From Oikopleura dioica (Eukaryota; Animalia; Chordata), in NCBI GenBank assembly GCA_907165135.1, contig OU015569.1:7998001-8062000 (forward strand): a stretch of 64,000 nt of DNA, written 5' to 3'. Of the stretch, positions 26,833-39,811 are shown piece by piece (the first letter of the stretch is position 1; the number at the start of each line of letters is the position of its first letter). The notes below the pieces were generated by a model. The model saw only the letters and a program-made list of their open reading frames with translations. It was not told the origin of the DNA and made no database searches. Both the position numbers and the translations under genes were made by a program.

Positions 26833-28493
26833 ATGAGCTATCAAGAGGGGAAAAACGTTGTGTAGTTGAGTAATGGCTTTGGGAATAAAGGCTCGCTCGC
26901 CTTAATTCGCTCATAAATAATTTTGATAGGGACTTGGAAAAACTGACGGAAGACGATGTTTTCAAACTACTGATGTTTGCGGCGCGCGAAGGGGAGGCTG
27001 AAATCGTCCGAAAAATTGCAAAGTTTGAAAGATTTCAGCAATGGTAATTCAAAAAAAAATCGCCGATGTTGTAAGCTTTACAATATAAAGATAAACATAT
27101 GAGCGTGATATTATTATTGAATTAGCTTCAACCGGATCGACAAAAACGGCGAAAATGCAGCAATGAAGCGGATCACAGATCGATTACGTAATCGATAGAA
27201 TTATCCTTAAAATACAGAGATGACGAGTATTTCAAGTTCAACGACAAGGAATAAAATAAACAGAAAATCGTTATAACGCGAACCAAGAACTTAGACAGCA
27301 ATAAGGAACTACTGTGAAGCTAAACTAATGCACCTCTAAACTAATAACTGCACTTAATATTTGATAAAACATGTGACTTATACGAAAAGACGGTAAAATT
27401 TTTGATTTTTGGCGAAAAAACTTGATTGTCGACGGAACGAGATTTTGATCTGTCGAATAGGCCGCTTCTAAATACGGCTGGAGTGGAGTTTTCCGTCAAC
27501 TAATTGAACTTGCAACACAAGAGCTTGACACACAAGACAATGAAGGGAATACGGCTTTGATTCATGCAGCTCAAGTATGAGACTTTATATTTACCGTTCG
27601 AAATGAATCTAGGCTGGTCATTACGAAGTCGTGGAGCTAATTTTGACGCAGAAAGTGGATCTGGATCGACGCAACCACTGTGGCTTTTCCGCCCTGATGA
27701 AAGCTGCTATTCAAGGTGAAAGGATTGATTTAGTAAAAATGCATTATTCACATGCAACACTTCCAAAAAGAGCGATTCTTCTTAGCTCAGAGCGAGAAAC
27801 AAACTTACGCATTAAAGTTTAGGGCAGATCGATACAGTTCGGCTACTTCTTGCCCATGGTGCCGATCACTCAATTACTGATCCGACTCGTGGCATGTGTG
27901 CTCAAGGTAATTCTTATTCAATATTGATACTATCATTATCATATTTTAATTGGCTAGGTTGGGCGCAATACTGCAATCGACACGAAACCGCTTCTGAAAT
28001 CGCTGAATACCATCGCCGCCCCAGTTCCGTCCGCCTCAAAAGCCATCGGAAGGGCCAGCAAGGCTTGGTCCTTAAAATACACAAACTCGTTTCTTGCGGC
28101 TGCCGCAGCCTCAAACCAGGTATTATTGAAGTGCATTGCCTTGGATAATCAAATACCGGTCAGATCTACCTCACGAGGGAGCCAAGAAAGAAAGAGAGCA
28201 ACTCTCAAATAGTATTAACTGTCATATGGAAAAGTAAGTTCAGCCTTTTATTCACGTGATCACATTATTCGAAGAGGAACCCAATACCCCGAATGCCTGA
28301 AGTCCTATCGAAGGAAAGGAAGTGTTTTCAGCTCACCCCGAAAAAACTCAACTGTTTCTGTACCAAAAGTCGAAATAACCAAAGGTACGCAATCGCTCGA
28401 AATTACACCGGTTGATTTGGAAGAAATCAAAGTAACATAGAAAGTTTAGCTATTGGAGGAAATGCACCTTCTTTCGACACAATAGAAAATTGA
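26833..28493 (+). CDS. ANKRD33B: Ankyrin-repeat protein ANKRD33/33B-like, start uncertain
   Basis: Spliced QDNEGNTALIHAAQAGH..RRNHCGFSALMKAAIQGQIDTVRLLLAHGAD..DPTRGMCAQGWAQY..R and a distal VSVPKVEITK match the ANKRD33B pattern as recalled. Confidence 0.8.
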
Positions 28494-29352
28494 GACAATT
28501 GATGAATTTTCGATTGGGTAAGTGTTGACGGCCCTAGACGATTGTAAAAACTTCAACGAATCTGTACACTTAATAAATCGTTGACATTTTGATTCTGCAT
28601 TACGGACGGCTGCACCTCGTAAAGTGCATCCAAATTATTTCCAACGTACAACGACGTCTTTCGTGAAAACGTGCAGGAAGAGAGCATGCAAATTTTGCGA
28701 TTCGTTTTTCTTCTCTTCAAGTTTTCCGATGCGCAGCCAGAGTCAGTCACCATTCCAATCGAAGATAGGTGCAGAGATGGCATGGTCCAAAAAGAAGTTC
28801 TGTGAGGAGATTAGTTTTAATTTTGAGAGATAATTTTGTTGAAGGCTTGAAAATGAGATGACAATGGTCACTTGCGTTGAGTCAACTGCCTTCACTGTCA
28901 AGTAGGATAATAAAGGATCCTCGTCAATTCCATTTTCTAATATAAAAATATAAATCACTAAAATAACCAGCGATTATCCTTCAAAAGACACCGATAAACT
29001 CCTTTATACATAATAAGAACTCGTCAAACGAAATTCGAACCTCCGACTTCATGATCTTTATAGGCCTTTTTTTCTTCGTGCAATAAACAAATATAAGACA
29101 GTTTTCTACTTCAAGATAGATTAGTGAGTATTATGAGGAGATGATTATCAGCAATGCAGGAGATTTTTGAACTTTTTTAGCAAGATCTTTGACAACCTAT
29201 CTAGTCTGATTTCAAGAGATTGCTATCAATGATGGCGCACTTCGCTGGGTCACTATAAAAGCTCTCCTACAGTACTGTTTGTGAGAAACAAGTATTTTCA
29301 CTAAAAGAAGTTAAAGCACAGGCCAAAAGAGCAAAAAGAGCGCTCTTCCGGA

Positions 29353-29619
29353 ATGCGTTTTGATCCCGAAATGCTCATCGAAAAGCTTGAAGCTGCCAAG
29401 GAGAAGATCGAAAAAGAAAACCAAGAGGCAATCGATGTATACAGACGACTGGCCAAGCTTCCACAACGCTGCCGAGTTGATTTGGGAATGATCATCGAGA
29501 ACGTCAAGAAAAATCAAACCAAGAAAGCTGATGTTGGATGCTGCAAATGCGCCACTCGGGTGCTCACCCAGAAGAAGGAAAATCTCCAGATTCTCGCGAC
29601 CAAAGAGTGCCCCTGGTAA
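29353..29619 (+). CDS. Small uncharacterised charged helical ORF, possibly the last exon of a short gene
   Basis: 88-aa ORF with a heptad-like charged segment (EKLEAAKEKIEKENQEAI). No family recognised. Confidence 0.35.
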   Translation: MRFDPEMLIEKLEAAKEKIEKENQEAIDVYRRLAKLPQRCRVDLGMIIENVKKNQTKKADVGCCKCATRVLTQKKENLQILATKECPW

Positions 29620-29905
29620 AACGTCAAAAACTTGCGGACAAAGCAACCTTCGATGCTCGACCCTTAATGTAAAGGCATATAAATTATACTCTTCCTGTTA
29701 ATCAGAATATCTTAATTTATTTCCAGTTATAATAACTAGAATATGTACCTACTGCTTTCTAATCATATGGATACTTTTTTAAATAAACACTTGATAAATT
29801 AGTATTTTGTCTTATTTGTGCAGATTTCAAAATAAAAACTAATGAAGAAGGAGAAGGTTAGAATGACGTAGATTGAGTACTTCCGCTTGATTTTAAAACA
29901 ACATT

Positions 29906-32900
29906 TTGGAAAAAAAATCAAACACATTGCCAATTTTGATGAATTTATTAGAGAAGCTTGACTTTTTCTTTGGTGAATTACTTGATTTTCTCCATGTTGG
30001 CGACGATGATTCGATTTACGATTTATCCAGAAAAGTGCTTCTTCTGCTGCAAGATCAGCAAGCCCACCAACTTCTTCGAAAATACTATAAAGATCAAAAA
30101 CGAACCAGTTCTCTTCGTCGAAGTTTTTCAAGAAAACCAAATACTCTCGAACATTTGAGGAGATGCAAGTATTTGTGGGAGTCTAGTGACTCAACTGGCC
30201 TCTCCGGATTATACGCACGGGATAAACGTATTTGATAGATTTTATAAGACAAATTTATGCTTATCAATGATGGGCTATCAAATTATATGATTCACTTTTT
30301 ATCCTGCTCTTTAGTGTATCAACAGAGCAGACATTGGAAGCTGTAAGAACTTAGCATCGCCGATCACCTTCTTCGTTTTGCTAGAGATCGACACATATTT
30401 CGATTTGTCCCCTACTCTTGTTGTCCAACATGTCGCTCAAATCGGTGCTTTTCACATCCTTTTATCAGGTAAAAAAGGGAAGCAAATATTTTTAATGTCT
30501 GAAAGCGGAGTGGGAAAATTATGCGATCGATTTCACGAAAAAGAACGAGCGTAACGAGTCGATATTCAAGTCATTGTTTTCCTCTGTGTACAATATAGAT
30601 GCAGATCAGTTGAAAATGCTCGAAGAATGTTTTGAGGTGCTTTTAGCTAGATTTGAAAAGTCAACTCCTCACATGGTGTCCTGCATTCTCGAAGGTAATT
30701 GATCAGCCATTCTTGAGCAGTACTATTCTGATAAGAGCCCGACTACAATGGAGAAACTATATTTTATCATTCTTCCCGGGTTTCTGAGAGAATCTCCAAA
30801 ATTTTGCTGAAAAAACGAACTCTCAAATTCAATTTCGTCCGCGAATTTACGACGCCTAGTTTCAAGTTTGGCAATTTGACGAAAAAGATGCTAAGAAGAG
30901 GCATCAGTCCGTTCGTTGTAGATTCGAATGGAATCCGACAATACGAAGAATTCAGAGATAATTTTCAAGGAATTAAGTCAGACTTATTGGGAGCAAATGG
31001 TGTACATTCATTTTACTACTCGTCAGTCGAATCGAAATGTACTTCGTTCTGCAGTTCGTCATGTAAAGATGGTGCTCTAGCATTCGAGTTGCAAGCTGGA
31101 GCCAAGATAAAGGCGAGATTGAGCAGTTATTCGAAATTTCTAACAATCATTCAGGAGACTCCCAGCAACTTAGTCTTTAAAAATTCCGCCTCAATCGTGC
31201 TCAGAGGAACTTGGCATGGAGAACCAGCGGCATTTAAACATATTTTGAAACGGATTGAAATTTTAATTTCTAATCAGTCCCAACTTGGGACTTCCAAGTA
31301 TTAAAATCCGAGTCTCAGAACACAAAAACGGGGCCCAGAAGACTTAGCAGATCAGAAGCTCTACATCAGATCACACTCCGTCAGGAAAATATCCTTCCTG
31401 TCTATGGGTACTACTGGCAGCAAATTAGTGGGCGAAACTATCTGGTTATTGTGAGCAAATTGTGCAGACTTGATTTAGCAGGTTTCTTGGCCAAGTATGA
31501 GTTCAACTTTTGTCTACTACTGAAGTTTCTTCTTCAAGCGTGTAATGGATTAAAAGCAATAGCTCGGGCGAATTTAACTCACGGTTAGGGATGCTGATTC
31601 TTGTTAGCGAAAATATAGAAAAACTGATAAAAATTTAAGGGAATTTCATAGAAATAAATTTTGTAAGTTGGGAGCGCTTTTCATCCCAACAAAAGCGATA
31701 TAAAACCAGAAAACCTTCTAGTCACTTACATTGAAAGAAGCAAAAAGAAGATGAAATGGTTCAGAAGAGGAAACACACAGAAATGTACTGAGGAACCACA
31801 TCTATATATAGCTGACTTCGGACTGGTGAATAAAAAAGGAGGAACGCCTATTTATATGGCTCCAGAAGCTTTTGTGCGACCGGTTCCCGGACTCTCTGAT
31901 GTATACAGCTTGGGTTTGCATTCTTGCAAAAAGTTCTCTGATATATTTCTAGGGATGACGCTTCTATTTGCCGTTTCCGAGCCGAGAGTTATGACGATAC
32001 TACTGTATTACCCCGTCGATCAAAGTTTCGCCTATTCTGCGGACAAATTCGTCGATTCATTCGATGTGCTCAGACTGGTCCGCAGTATGGTCCAGCCTCG
32101 ACCGACAGAAAGGCCCTCAATCGATAAAGTCAAATCGGCGATAAGTAGTTTGCAATGGGGTGGCTTCAAAATAGGTTGGTCGAAGAGATTTACTCTTATC
32201 AGTTCTTGAGAACATGTGTTCGACCAAAGAAAAGCACTTGAAGATTTACAGGCTATTTTCGAAAATCCAGCAGATCTAGATATTCCAGCTTTGGCCGAGT
32301 TAGGTCTAGAAACGGTCTACAATAATATATGCGTTGGACTGACTCCTGCAAAATCGGTGATTCTCAGAAGGCGAAAAACGTACACTTCGATTCCTTGGCT
32401 CGAGAGCAAATTAGTCTCTAACATGCTCCATGATCAAGGGGATTCCTGGAGCTGCTGGGCATTTGCAATCACCTCAAGCGTAAGAGGCTCACTGAGACAG
32501 CTGCTGCAAAAAATAGAGTCTAAAATTGACGAAGAGACCAAGAATTCTTGGGAGCGAATTTTAGATTTCGGGCTACAATAAACATTCTATTCTTAGTAGC
32601 ATTGGTTTCGAAGCATCTTATTTGGAGCCCGAAACTGAGACGATCCTGCTCATCATCGTCAAATGCGCGCTGAGTTAATGATGACTATCATGCCTAGACG
32701 GATAAATAGGGACGGGATGGAACAAACTGCTTTTGTTTTGCCGGTTTTTAAGAGAGTAAGCTTTGTTGAAATAATTTTCGGTAATATTCGTAGATGTGCT
32801 ACCGTTCAATAATACAACAAGAGGGGGTATTTTTGATGGATTCTGTCACCTCACTTTTGGATATGTTGCCCTGGAAAGTGGCGCCAGTGCTTCATTCCTT

Positions 32901-33342
32901 TCATCATCCTTTCCTTACTTCGAAAGAAATGGATTTCTTCAGGTTCGATCGTTTTTATTATTCTAAAAAGCCGTGTTTGCGTAATATTATTAACAAGTTA
33001 ATAGTTTCAATTAACCCGTAAATTATTTATGAACCAGATAATTTATTTAATGCCAGTTCTGGAACGTATTCTGGCAACTTACATGACGCTTTGGAAGAAG
33101 GCTACTTGCTCACATGCGACATTCACAGCGACTCACAGAGTGATAGCGTAAACCATTGTGTTCTACTGGTCGATTACGACGATGAAAGAATGCTCGTTTT
33201 CAAAAACTCGAGCTTAGAAAGACCGATTATAAAAAAGTCAATCGATTCGCGTGCTCACTTCCTTTTGAGCGACGAAACGAAAGTCTCACTGCCAGACCCA
33301 TGTGAAGGCTTCTGCATCGAGTTCGTTTTGTTAGACAAATAA
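29906..33342 (+). CDS. Protein kinase fused to a C-terminal papain-like (clan CA, C1-like) cysteine protease domain; unknown helical N-terminus
   Basis: Kinase: AAFK, SEALHQ, HG-DIKPEN, IADFG, GGTPIYMAPE, SDVYSLG, RPTERPS. Protease: DQGDSWSCWAFA, VNHCVLLVDY, VFKNS. The two are joined in frame by a 36-nt GT-AG intron (32175-32210). Stop at 33342. Confidence 0.85.
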
Positions 33343-33456
33343 AATGTTAAAAGAAAAATGAGCTGTATACAATTGCAATTAATACGAGCAATCCGTGATT
33401 TAGAATAATGGAGATTTTATTGGACAAAAAGAATACAGAAAAATAAAACCTCAACA

Positions 33457-36400
33457 TTATTCAGCAACGCCTATTCTAGCTTTTACAGACTTCTTATACC
33501 ATTTGCTAGCCAACTCTTCCGCTTGACTTTGAAGTTCCTCATCGCCGGCTTCTTCTGCTTCTTCCTCGTCCATAGTTTCTAGTAAAAGTTCCATCCAATA
33601 CCCCTTCGTTCTTAATAAGGTTGTTTGGCTTGTTCTAAAGAAAGCTCTGCCACCTTTGTTGAAATTCTGGTTCTAATTCAGCATGAAATGGATCAGGATG
33701 AGAAGGTTTCAATTTTTTTCGCGGTGTCGGGGCCGGCTCTTCATCAGATGATTCTTCTTCAGACTCGGCTTCAGACTCACTTCCTGCTTCTAAAATGGTA
33801 ATGAGCATTTATTTCTTCAAAATAACAAACCATCATCCGAGCCTTGCCAGTCCATGCCTTCGCAAACGACAAGTTGTTTCCATTTGTCAAGCTTTTTAAC
33901 ATCGATGGACCAAAGATCGTTTAGTGTGTAACTTCTCTCCCCTTGCTCCAAAATTCCTCCGTATAAGAATAGTTGACCGCCTTAAAGGTACAGAGCCAAG
34001 CTTCATCTACATGTCTACCTTTGATTGCCAGTTGTGCATTCATTCTCGGGCCTGGTCGACGTTTAGAATCGTCATCCTTGGAATTAACGTTTGCAACGAA
34101 CCATCGATTCGTCTTTGAGTCGAAAAAGTGCATTTGGTCGGAGAATTCGGAAGAAAGGTCGTCATCGTTGTCTTCATCGTCAGCGCCACCAAAGCTAACG
34201 ACGCGATGGTCGCTAACCGTCGTCATCGCCGTTCCAGATCTAGGGTCGGGCTTTTCTCCACCTTGCTTTGCTAATATGAGGTTGAATTTCATGGCTCGAT
34301 CGACAATTTACCTTTCTCCCATTTCCACGCTTTTTTTCCACTGTCGAAAGCAAGCATAAACGCATCGCTATGTATTTGGCCCTTGTCTGCGTCTTTGGAA
34401 GCCTTTAACTTTGAGAATCCACCGCAAATGAATATTCCAGAACTGACGACGCCCATTTGAACTCCAGACCGACCACTGGGCGCTTGTCCAGCTGGTTTCA
34501 AAGTTGTCCATGTTTTCGAAATAAGATCAAAACTAAAATCAAGTCAATTCTGGAAGATCAGTATCACCTCGTACCTGAGAACATCACTAAAGTAAACGTA
34601 GTTCTTGACAGACTCATGAAAACCACCAAAAACTATCAGTTGTTTCTGGAAGTAGGCCATGCGATGACCTGACCGGGCGCTTGGAGCTCCTTTGACTTTC
34701 ACTTCTTCCCAATTCGACTTTTTTCCGTCGACCGACAGACACCAAAAGTCTTTGTAGTGATAGAACTGTTCACCGTTTTTAGAAGAGAATTCGCCTCCAT
34801 GAATCCAAATTTGGCCGCCTCCTTGGGGCGCTACTGCTGACGCGTGTCCAGACCTTGGAGCTGGACCGTGTGGTACAAAGAGCTTCGACCAGCTGTCTTT
34901 CTAAATGAAACACTTGATTTACCGTCATAGAACTATCTTTCGACAAGGGCAGTCTCTTTTCAGTAATAAATTTATAAAAAGGGCCACATGCTCTAGTCCC
35001 TCTTGGTGAAAACTAAACATCCTCAGCGAGGGTTGGTATTTCTACAATTCGCTTATTAATATTCTATTCGCCCAACCTTGAATGTGCCATCAATAGATCT
35101 ATATCCACATATATACTAACAGGCTCATCAACTAACAATAACACTTTCTCGATGCATCATTGTTTTTATCATTCAAGACGACAATATTTATAAGCTTGTC
35201 CTGACTAAAATCGACAACCCATCAAATTCGATTTCTTAGAGATTGCGCGCTTTTCAATCTGAGCAAGATCTAGGGCCGATTTCAGGCCCCTGCGGTCACG
35301 CTTAGGTTGATCGCCTGGTGTGAGATTGCGTGCGTTGCGTTGTAGAGCGCGCGCGAACCGCGTTCACCCACGCACGGTCGCCCATTGAGCCAGCCAGGCT
35401 CTCTGTCTGAAAGTGGCTCTTTCCAAAACAGAACCCCGTAGTAGCTTGAGCTGAAGCTAGAGGCTCGGTAAACAACGACTGTGCAAGATTTGCACGAGTC
35501 ACGATAAAGCAACGCCCCTGTACATTAATCACAACGACTGTAAATAACGCCAAGGTAGAGAGCCCTCTAAGAAGAAATATTATTAACAAGTAACAATTAT
35601 AAATATTATTTGTGAAATGATCACCTTTACTGCACTTTTAATGAAAGCGAGTCATCTTTTAATCAATGAATTAGCTATCAGAAACAGCAAAAAAAGAAGA
35701 GGATGACGATCTCAACGGGAAGATGCGTTGTGTTGATTCTGAATTCGATATTTTGGGTAGCGCTGGTGCTCTTGTCCCTGCTCTTATTTATTCATCACGA
35801 TAAAGAGCTGGACATTCCTATTTCATGGATGAAGTCACTAGAGCTTCCGTTCGGCAAGGTTTAACACTTTTTATTATAAGAGAAGTTTATGGCAGATGAA
35901 TGCTTTTCTTCCTATTTGTGTAACTAAATATTTTCCATCGTCCATTTTACATTTACAATTGTAATTTGCGATTAAGGAGATTATAAGTTTTCTAAGAAGA
36001 GAGACTAATAGTCTCAGAATATTCAAGATATCAATGAACTAGACAGACGAGAAAATCGCGCCATATCTCCCTTTTGTTTCTCAAAATTGAATTGAGCCAT
36101 AAAGTATCGCCCCAACGAAAAACAGTTTTATGGCTGATCAAAAAAAAGTTAAACCATGAAAAGGCATAAGCATGATCGTTCTAGTCGTACTCTTTTTCAC
36201 CGGTTTGGCCGGGTTACTTGTCGTCGTCATGGGCGAAAAATTTCAGAAAATCTTTATCGCGATATTCAGGTATTCTTTGTTTGCTTTTTCGAAATCAAAA
36301 ATCTTTGTTCAGTTCTATGCTGATACTGCTAACATGTCTATTGACAACCCTGTCGTACATGGAGTATTCTCACCATGAAGAAATTCGCGGCGAGTATCTG

Positions 36401-37427
36401 ATGCAGTTCGACGAGTCGATTAAAAACTACAACTCTAGTCGGTGAGTCTTCGTTATGTGAGCTCTACCTCGACAGTTCATTATATGAACTCAAAAACCGA
36501 AAACGAAATTCTAGTTCGACAATAAATAACTCCACAAACGACGACTGGTCGAATGACGGAAGCATATACAACGCCGAAGACGTGGACAGAATTCAGTCTA
36601 TAATGAAATGCTGCGGCTCACAGAACTACACAGACTTCGAGGAGTCACCCTGGGGAAAGAAGCACACAGATATGGCGCCCGAATCGTGCTGTAACGTCGA
36701 CCTTATGCAAAAAAATAATATGGTGAGGAAGGCGTTGAATTAAATCATTCACCAGGGATGACTTTTAGACATGTCGAGCGTTAAATTGGAAAGAAGAAAG
36801 TGAATTGATCTACGCCCGAGGATGCCACGACATCGTGGATGCGGCATTTGTCCACTGGCTAGACACACTTATCGTCATCCAATGTTTTCTAGTGATTTGT
36901 ACAGTAATTGCCCTTTTCGGCAGCTCTATTTGGATTCGTCTAAACAGGCAAACACGTAGCCAAACCGGTATGTCCCCTCGTATAAAGACCCTTATAAGTT
37001 ATAACATTTACACAGATTACGAGCCCCTGCTCGATGAAGATTAAGCCCAACTGACGAAAATGAGCTTGAAAAGATATACCTTGATATTGTACAATATGAC
37101 ATCATTGAACATTTCTGTACTTTTTCCGTCGAAGTACTCCCCTCCGAAGAGTACCAATAAATCTTTCTCGCAATGTGCCACAAATGTGCAGTGAGACCTA
37201 CAAATTCAATCTCTACCGTTGAATTGTCACGCAGAGAGTCACCTTTGTGAGGGTGCCTGTTCCATGGCAGTTTCGGCGACGGTGTTTTCTTTCGCGTCTT
37301 GTTCTTGGTAAGACTTGATCAGCGCTTCCAACTCGTCGAGGCCTTCTTCTTTCTTGGAAGCTTTCTTGAGCGCCTTGGCCTGCGCTTTCTCCGCTCCCTT
37401 GCCCTTCTTCTTATCTTTTTTGCCCAT
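33457..37427 (-). CDS. KLHDC4: Kelch domain-containing protein 4
   Basis: MGKKDKKKGKGAEK..LEALI, LFGGEYFDGK, PQGGGQIWIHGGEFSSKNGEQFYHYKDFW, PSARSGHRM, FGGFHES, PGPRMNA, acidic tail and RTKGYW C-terminal block. A large intron spans about 34.9-37.08 kb. Confidence 0.95.
35703..37044 (+). CDS. Tetraspanin nested antisense inside the large KLHDC4 intron
   Basis: TM1 VLILNSIFWVALVLLSLLLF, TM2/TM3 at 36.17-36.35 kb, large extracellular loop with MKCCG, PESCC and GC, TM4, tail DYEPLLDED. Confidence 0.9.
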
Positions 37428-37537
37428 TCTACAAGCAAAACGCATTATTTCAAGGAGCACTATTGCACGAAGCATTGTTCAGATTGTCCTTTGAGTAGAA
37501 AGAGTAGGCTGATGGATCTGTGTTGCTTTGAGAGAGG

Positions 37538-38232
37538 TTACGAGTCGAAATCTTCGTCGTCGTCTTCGTTGGGCTTGAAGTAATCTTGAGACGGGACAGG
37601 AGAAGGTAAAACTTACCCTTGATAAGTCCAGACTTTGAAAGTGCTGACTGGATGCGAATTCGTTTTGCTCCTCCATCAGCTGATGGTTCTTAGCCGCGTC
37701 GATAAGTGCTTTCTGTTGTCTAGAAGCCAACTCGTCCAAACTTTAATATTAAAGCGACGCTATCACCTGTAAAGTTCTTCCTCTGATAGCCCCGAGTTAG
37801 ATAGTTTATTTGGTTTCTTTCGTTTCGCGTTTTCTTCCTTGCAGTCGATAAGCACTTTCTCGCACTCGGGGACCATTTCGTGAAAGCCGAGCATTTTCAG
37901 TGCCTCCAACACGTGATCTGGCGCAATCGTCTTTTTATCAGCAGCCTCGCACATCTAACGGATGTAGTAATAAATCATGCGAACGGTTTGCGTCGGTTGT
38001 CCTACCTGCGAAGATGTTGTTGCCATGTGGTGGATAAATTGCGTGCAGCAGTCAGCGACTAATTGTCTTGCGTCCTTTGAAATCTTAAATGGTTTAGCTC
38101 CGACCATTCCCATAAGAATCTTACTCGTAAGTTCGGGATAGTTTCTTTGATAAATTTGTTTACGGCGGCTTGAGGTAAAGATAGGTCATCGTCGGTCCCA
38201 CTTCCCAAAAAGGGATCATTCATATCATTCAT
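37538..38232 (-). CDS. DR1: Negative cofactor 2 beta (DR1)
   Basis: DDDLSLPQAAVNKFIKE, ISKDARQLVADCCTQFIH, KKTIAPDHVLEAL..LGF, GLSEEELYRQQ, acidic end NEDDDEDFDS. Confidence 0.93.
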
Positions 38233-38394
38233 TTTGTATTGATCTGAACAGGCGTATTTTAAAATTGAGAACTATTCTGTCGGAAATCGAAGGCAGTGAA
38301 TATATTCAGGCCAAATTAAATCAAATAATACAAAGCCATTCTAGGTATAAATGATAATGTCTTTCAAATAGTCGAATACCAGTCGTGATTTTCT

Positions 38395-39682
38395 TCATCT
38401 GACTTTCTTGAATGCAAAAACGACGTAGAGAGAGGCACATTCCCATTCCTGTCTGGAAAGTGAGCCAACTTGATAAGTAGAATTATCGCATACGTCTTCT
38501 GCATGGGCGTACGTTAGTCCCTAAAAAGAATCAATCAAGAATGGCTTTATTTTCAGGGACTTTACTCGTCGTGCTTCTCTCGGTCCGTTTTCCGTGACTG
38601 TTTCAAGGGCATCCATTCTGTAGAGCAGGTCCATATTATTTTCTCGATTCTCTTCGAAGAATCTTTTAAACGACTTTCGCATGACCACTTAAAAGTTCAA
38701 GCTATTTCGCCAAATAGCACGACCCAAGAGCTTACACTCGAGGCCGTATTCTTTGCAGATGTCTTCGAAAACAGGCTGAAAGACGAGAAATTCCTCTACA
38801 TTGACTTGCTCCTCGAGTTGAAAATGATAGGTCGCCCCGAAAATTGGCGGCGGGTCTCGAGCTCCTCTGGCAAAAGCTACTTTGTAAACTGAATTCCCGA
38901 ATTCTTCCTTCCTGTCCACTTTTTTAGCACGCCGGTATCTAGAGTGGATCTCAAAAAATTACCAAAGGGGATCAATTGTTACCTTCGCATGATCTCTTCC
39001 GACCAAGGCGTAGTTCCAAAAAATACAGCACCTATTTTCATCTTTTTGGAGGCATTCTTTATGAATTGACGGCACTGGTTCTCGGACTCAAAGCAGTAAT
39101 GTAAAGCGAATTGACAAGAAACACAGTCGAACTCAATCCCATCTCGCAACGGAGGACTCCATTTATCGTACGAAGCTCTACACTAAGGCTCAACTTTCGA
39201 CGCTTTTGTGGAAAGAATTGCGAAATATATTTGAAATAAGTCTATAAATGTTCCTAGTAAATGTTCCATAAGTTATACAGTATAAGCCTTTCCTGGTCAA
39301 ATCAGCCTGGTGAAAACTGGCGGAGAAGCTCTTCGAATGGCGACTTTGATATCTTTCTTTTGATTGCTCAACAGACTCCGCCGCGACGTCCACAAAAACC
39401 ACATGCTGAGCCCGCTGTATTTTCCATTTATTCAAATCTCCCCCTAAAAGTTAAGTAACATGTCATTCTATAAAAACAGTCATTACCTTTTCCGGATGCT
39501 AAGTCCAGGCAAGCATCTCCCTGTTTGACGTAAGTATTGAACAATATCGACTTCATGAAATTGTTAAAATTTCGCATGCGGATGATTCTTTGTGTTTGAC
39601 GTCGCTCGATTCCTTCTTGGCGGACGTTCGAGTAGAACTGGCCGACTTTTCTGGCGTGTCCATGCGCTGTCGGAGCGGCCAT
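38395..39682 (-). CDS. RNMT: mRNA cap guanine-N7 methyltransferase
   Basis: IIRMRNFNNFMKSIL, CLDLASGKG (SAM-binding motif), GATYHFQLEEQVNVEEFLV, C-terminal GSLSRQEWECASLYVVFAFKK. Confidence 0.93.
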
Positions 39683-39811
39683 TCTAATCAACAACCAATG
39701 AATCTCTCGTTAGAATGATTTTACTTTGAATAGGTGCATGAATGTGAAAGAATAGAAAGAGGGAAAAGATGCGGCGTTTATGTCTGTTTTCTATTCTGGA
39801 AGAAGGATCAG

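Noticed and set aside
28500-28960. Protein-like minus-strand segment (NFFLDHAISAPIFDWNGD..)
   Set aside because: Best frame has internal stops and no recognisable domain; possibly a decayed gene but unsupported.
35282-35589. ORFs inside the KLHDC4 intron upstream of the tetraspanin
   Set aside because: Short, overlapping and motif-free; position fits the tetraspanin promoter.
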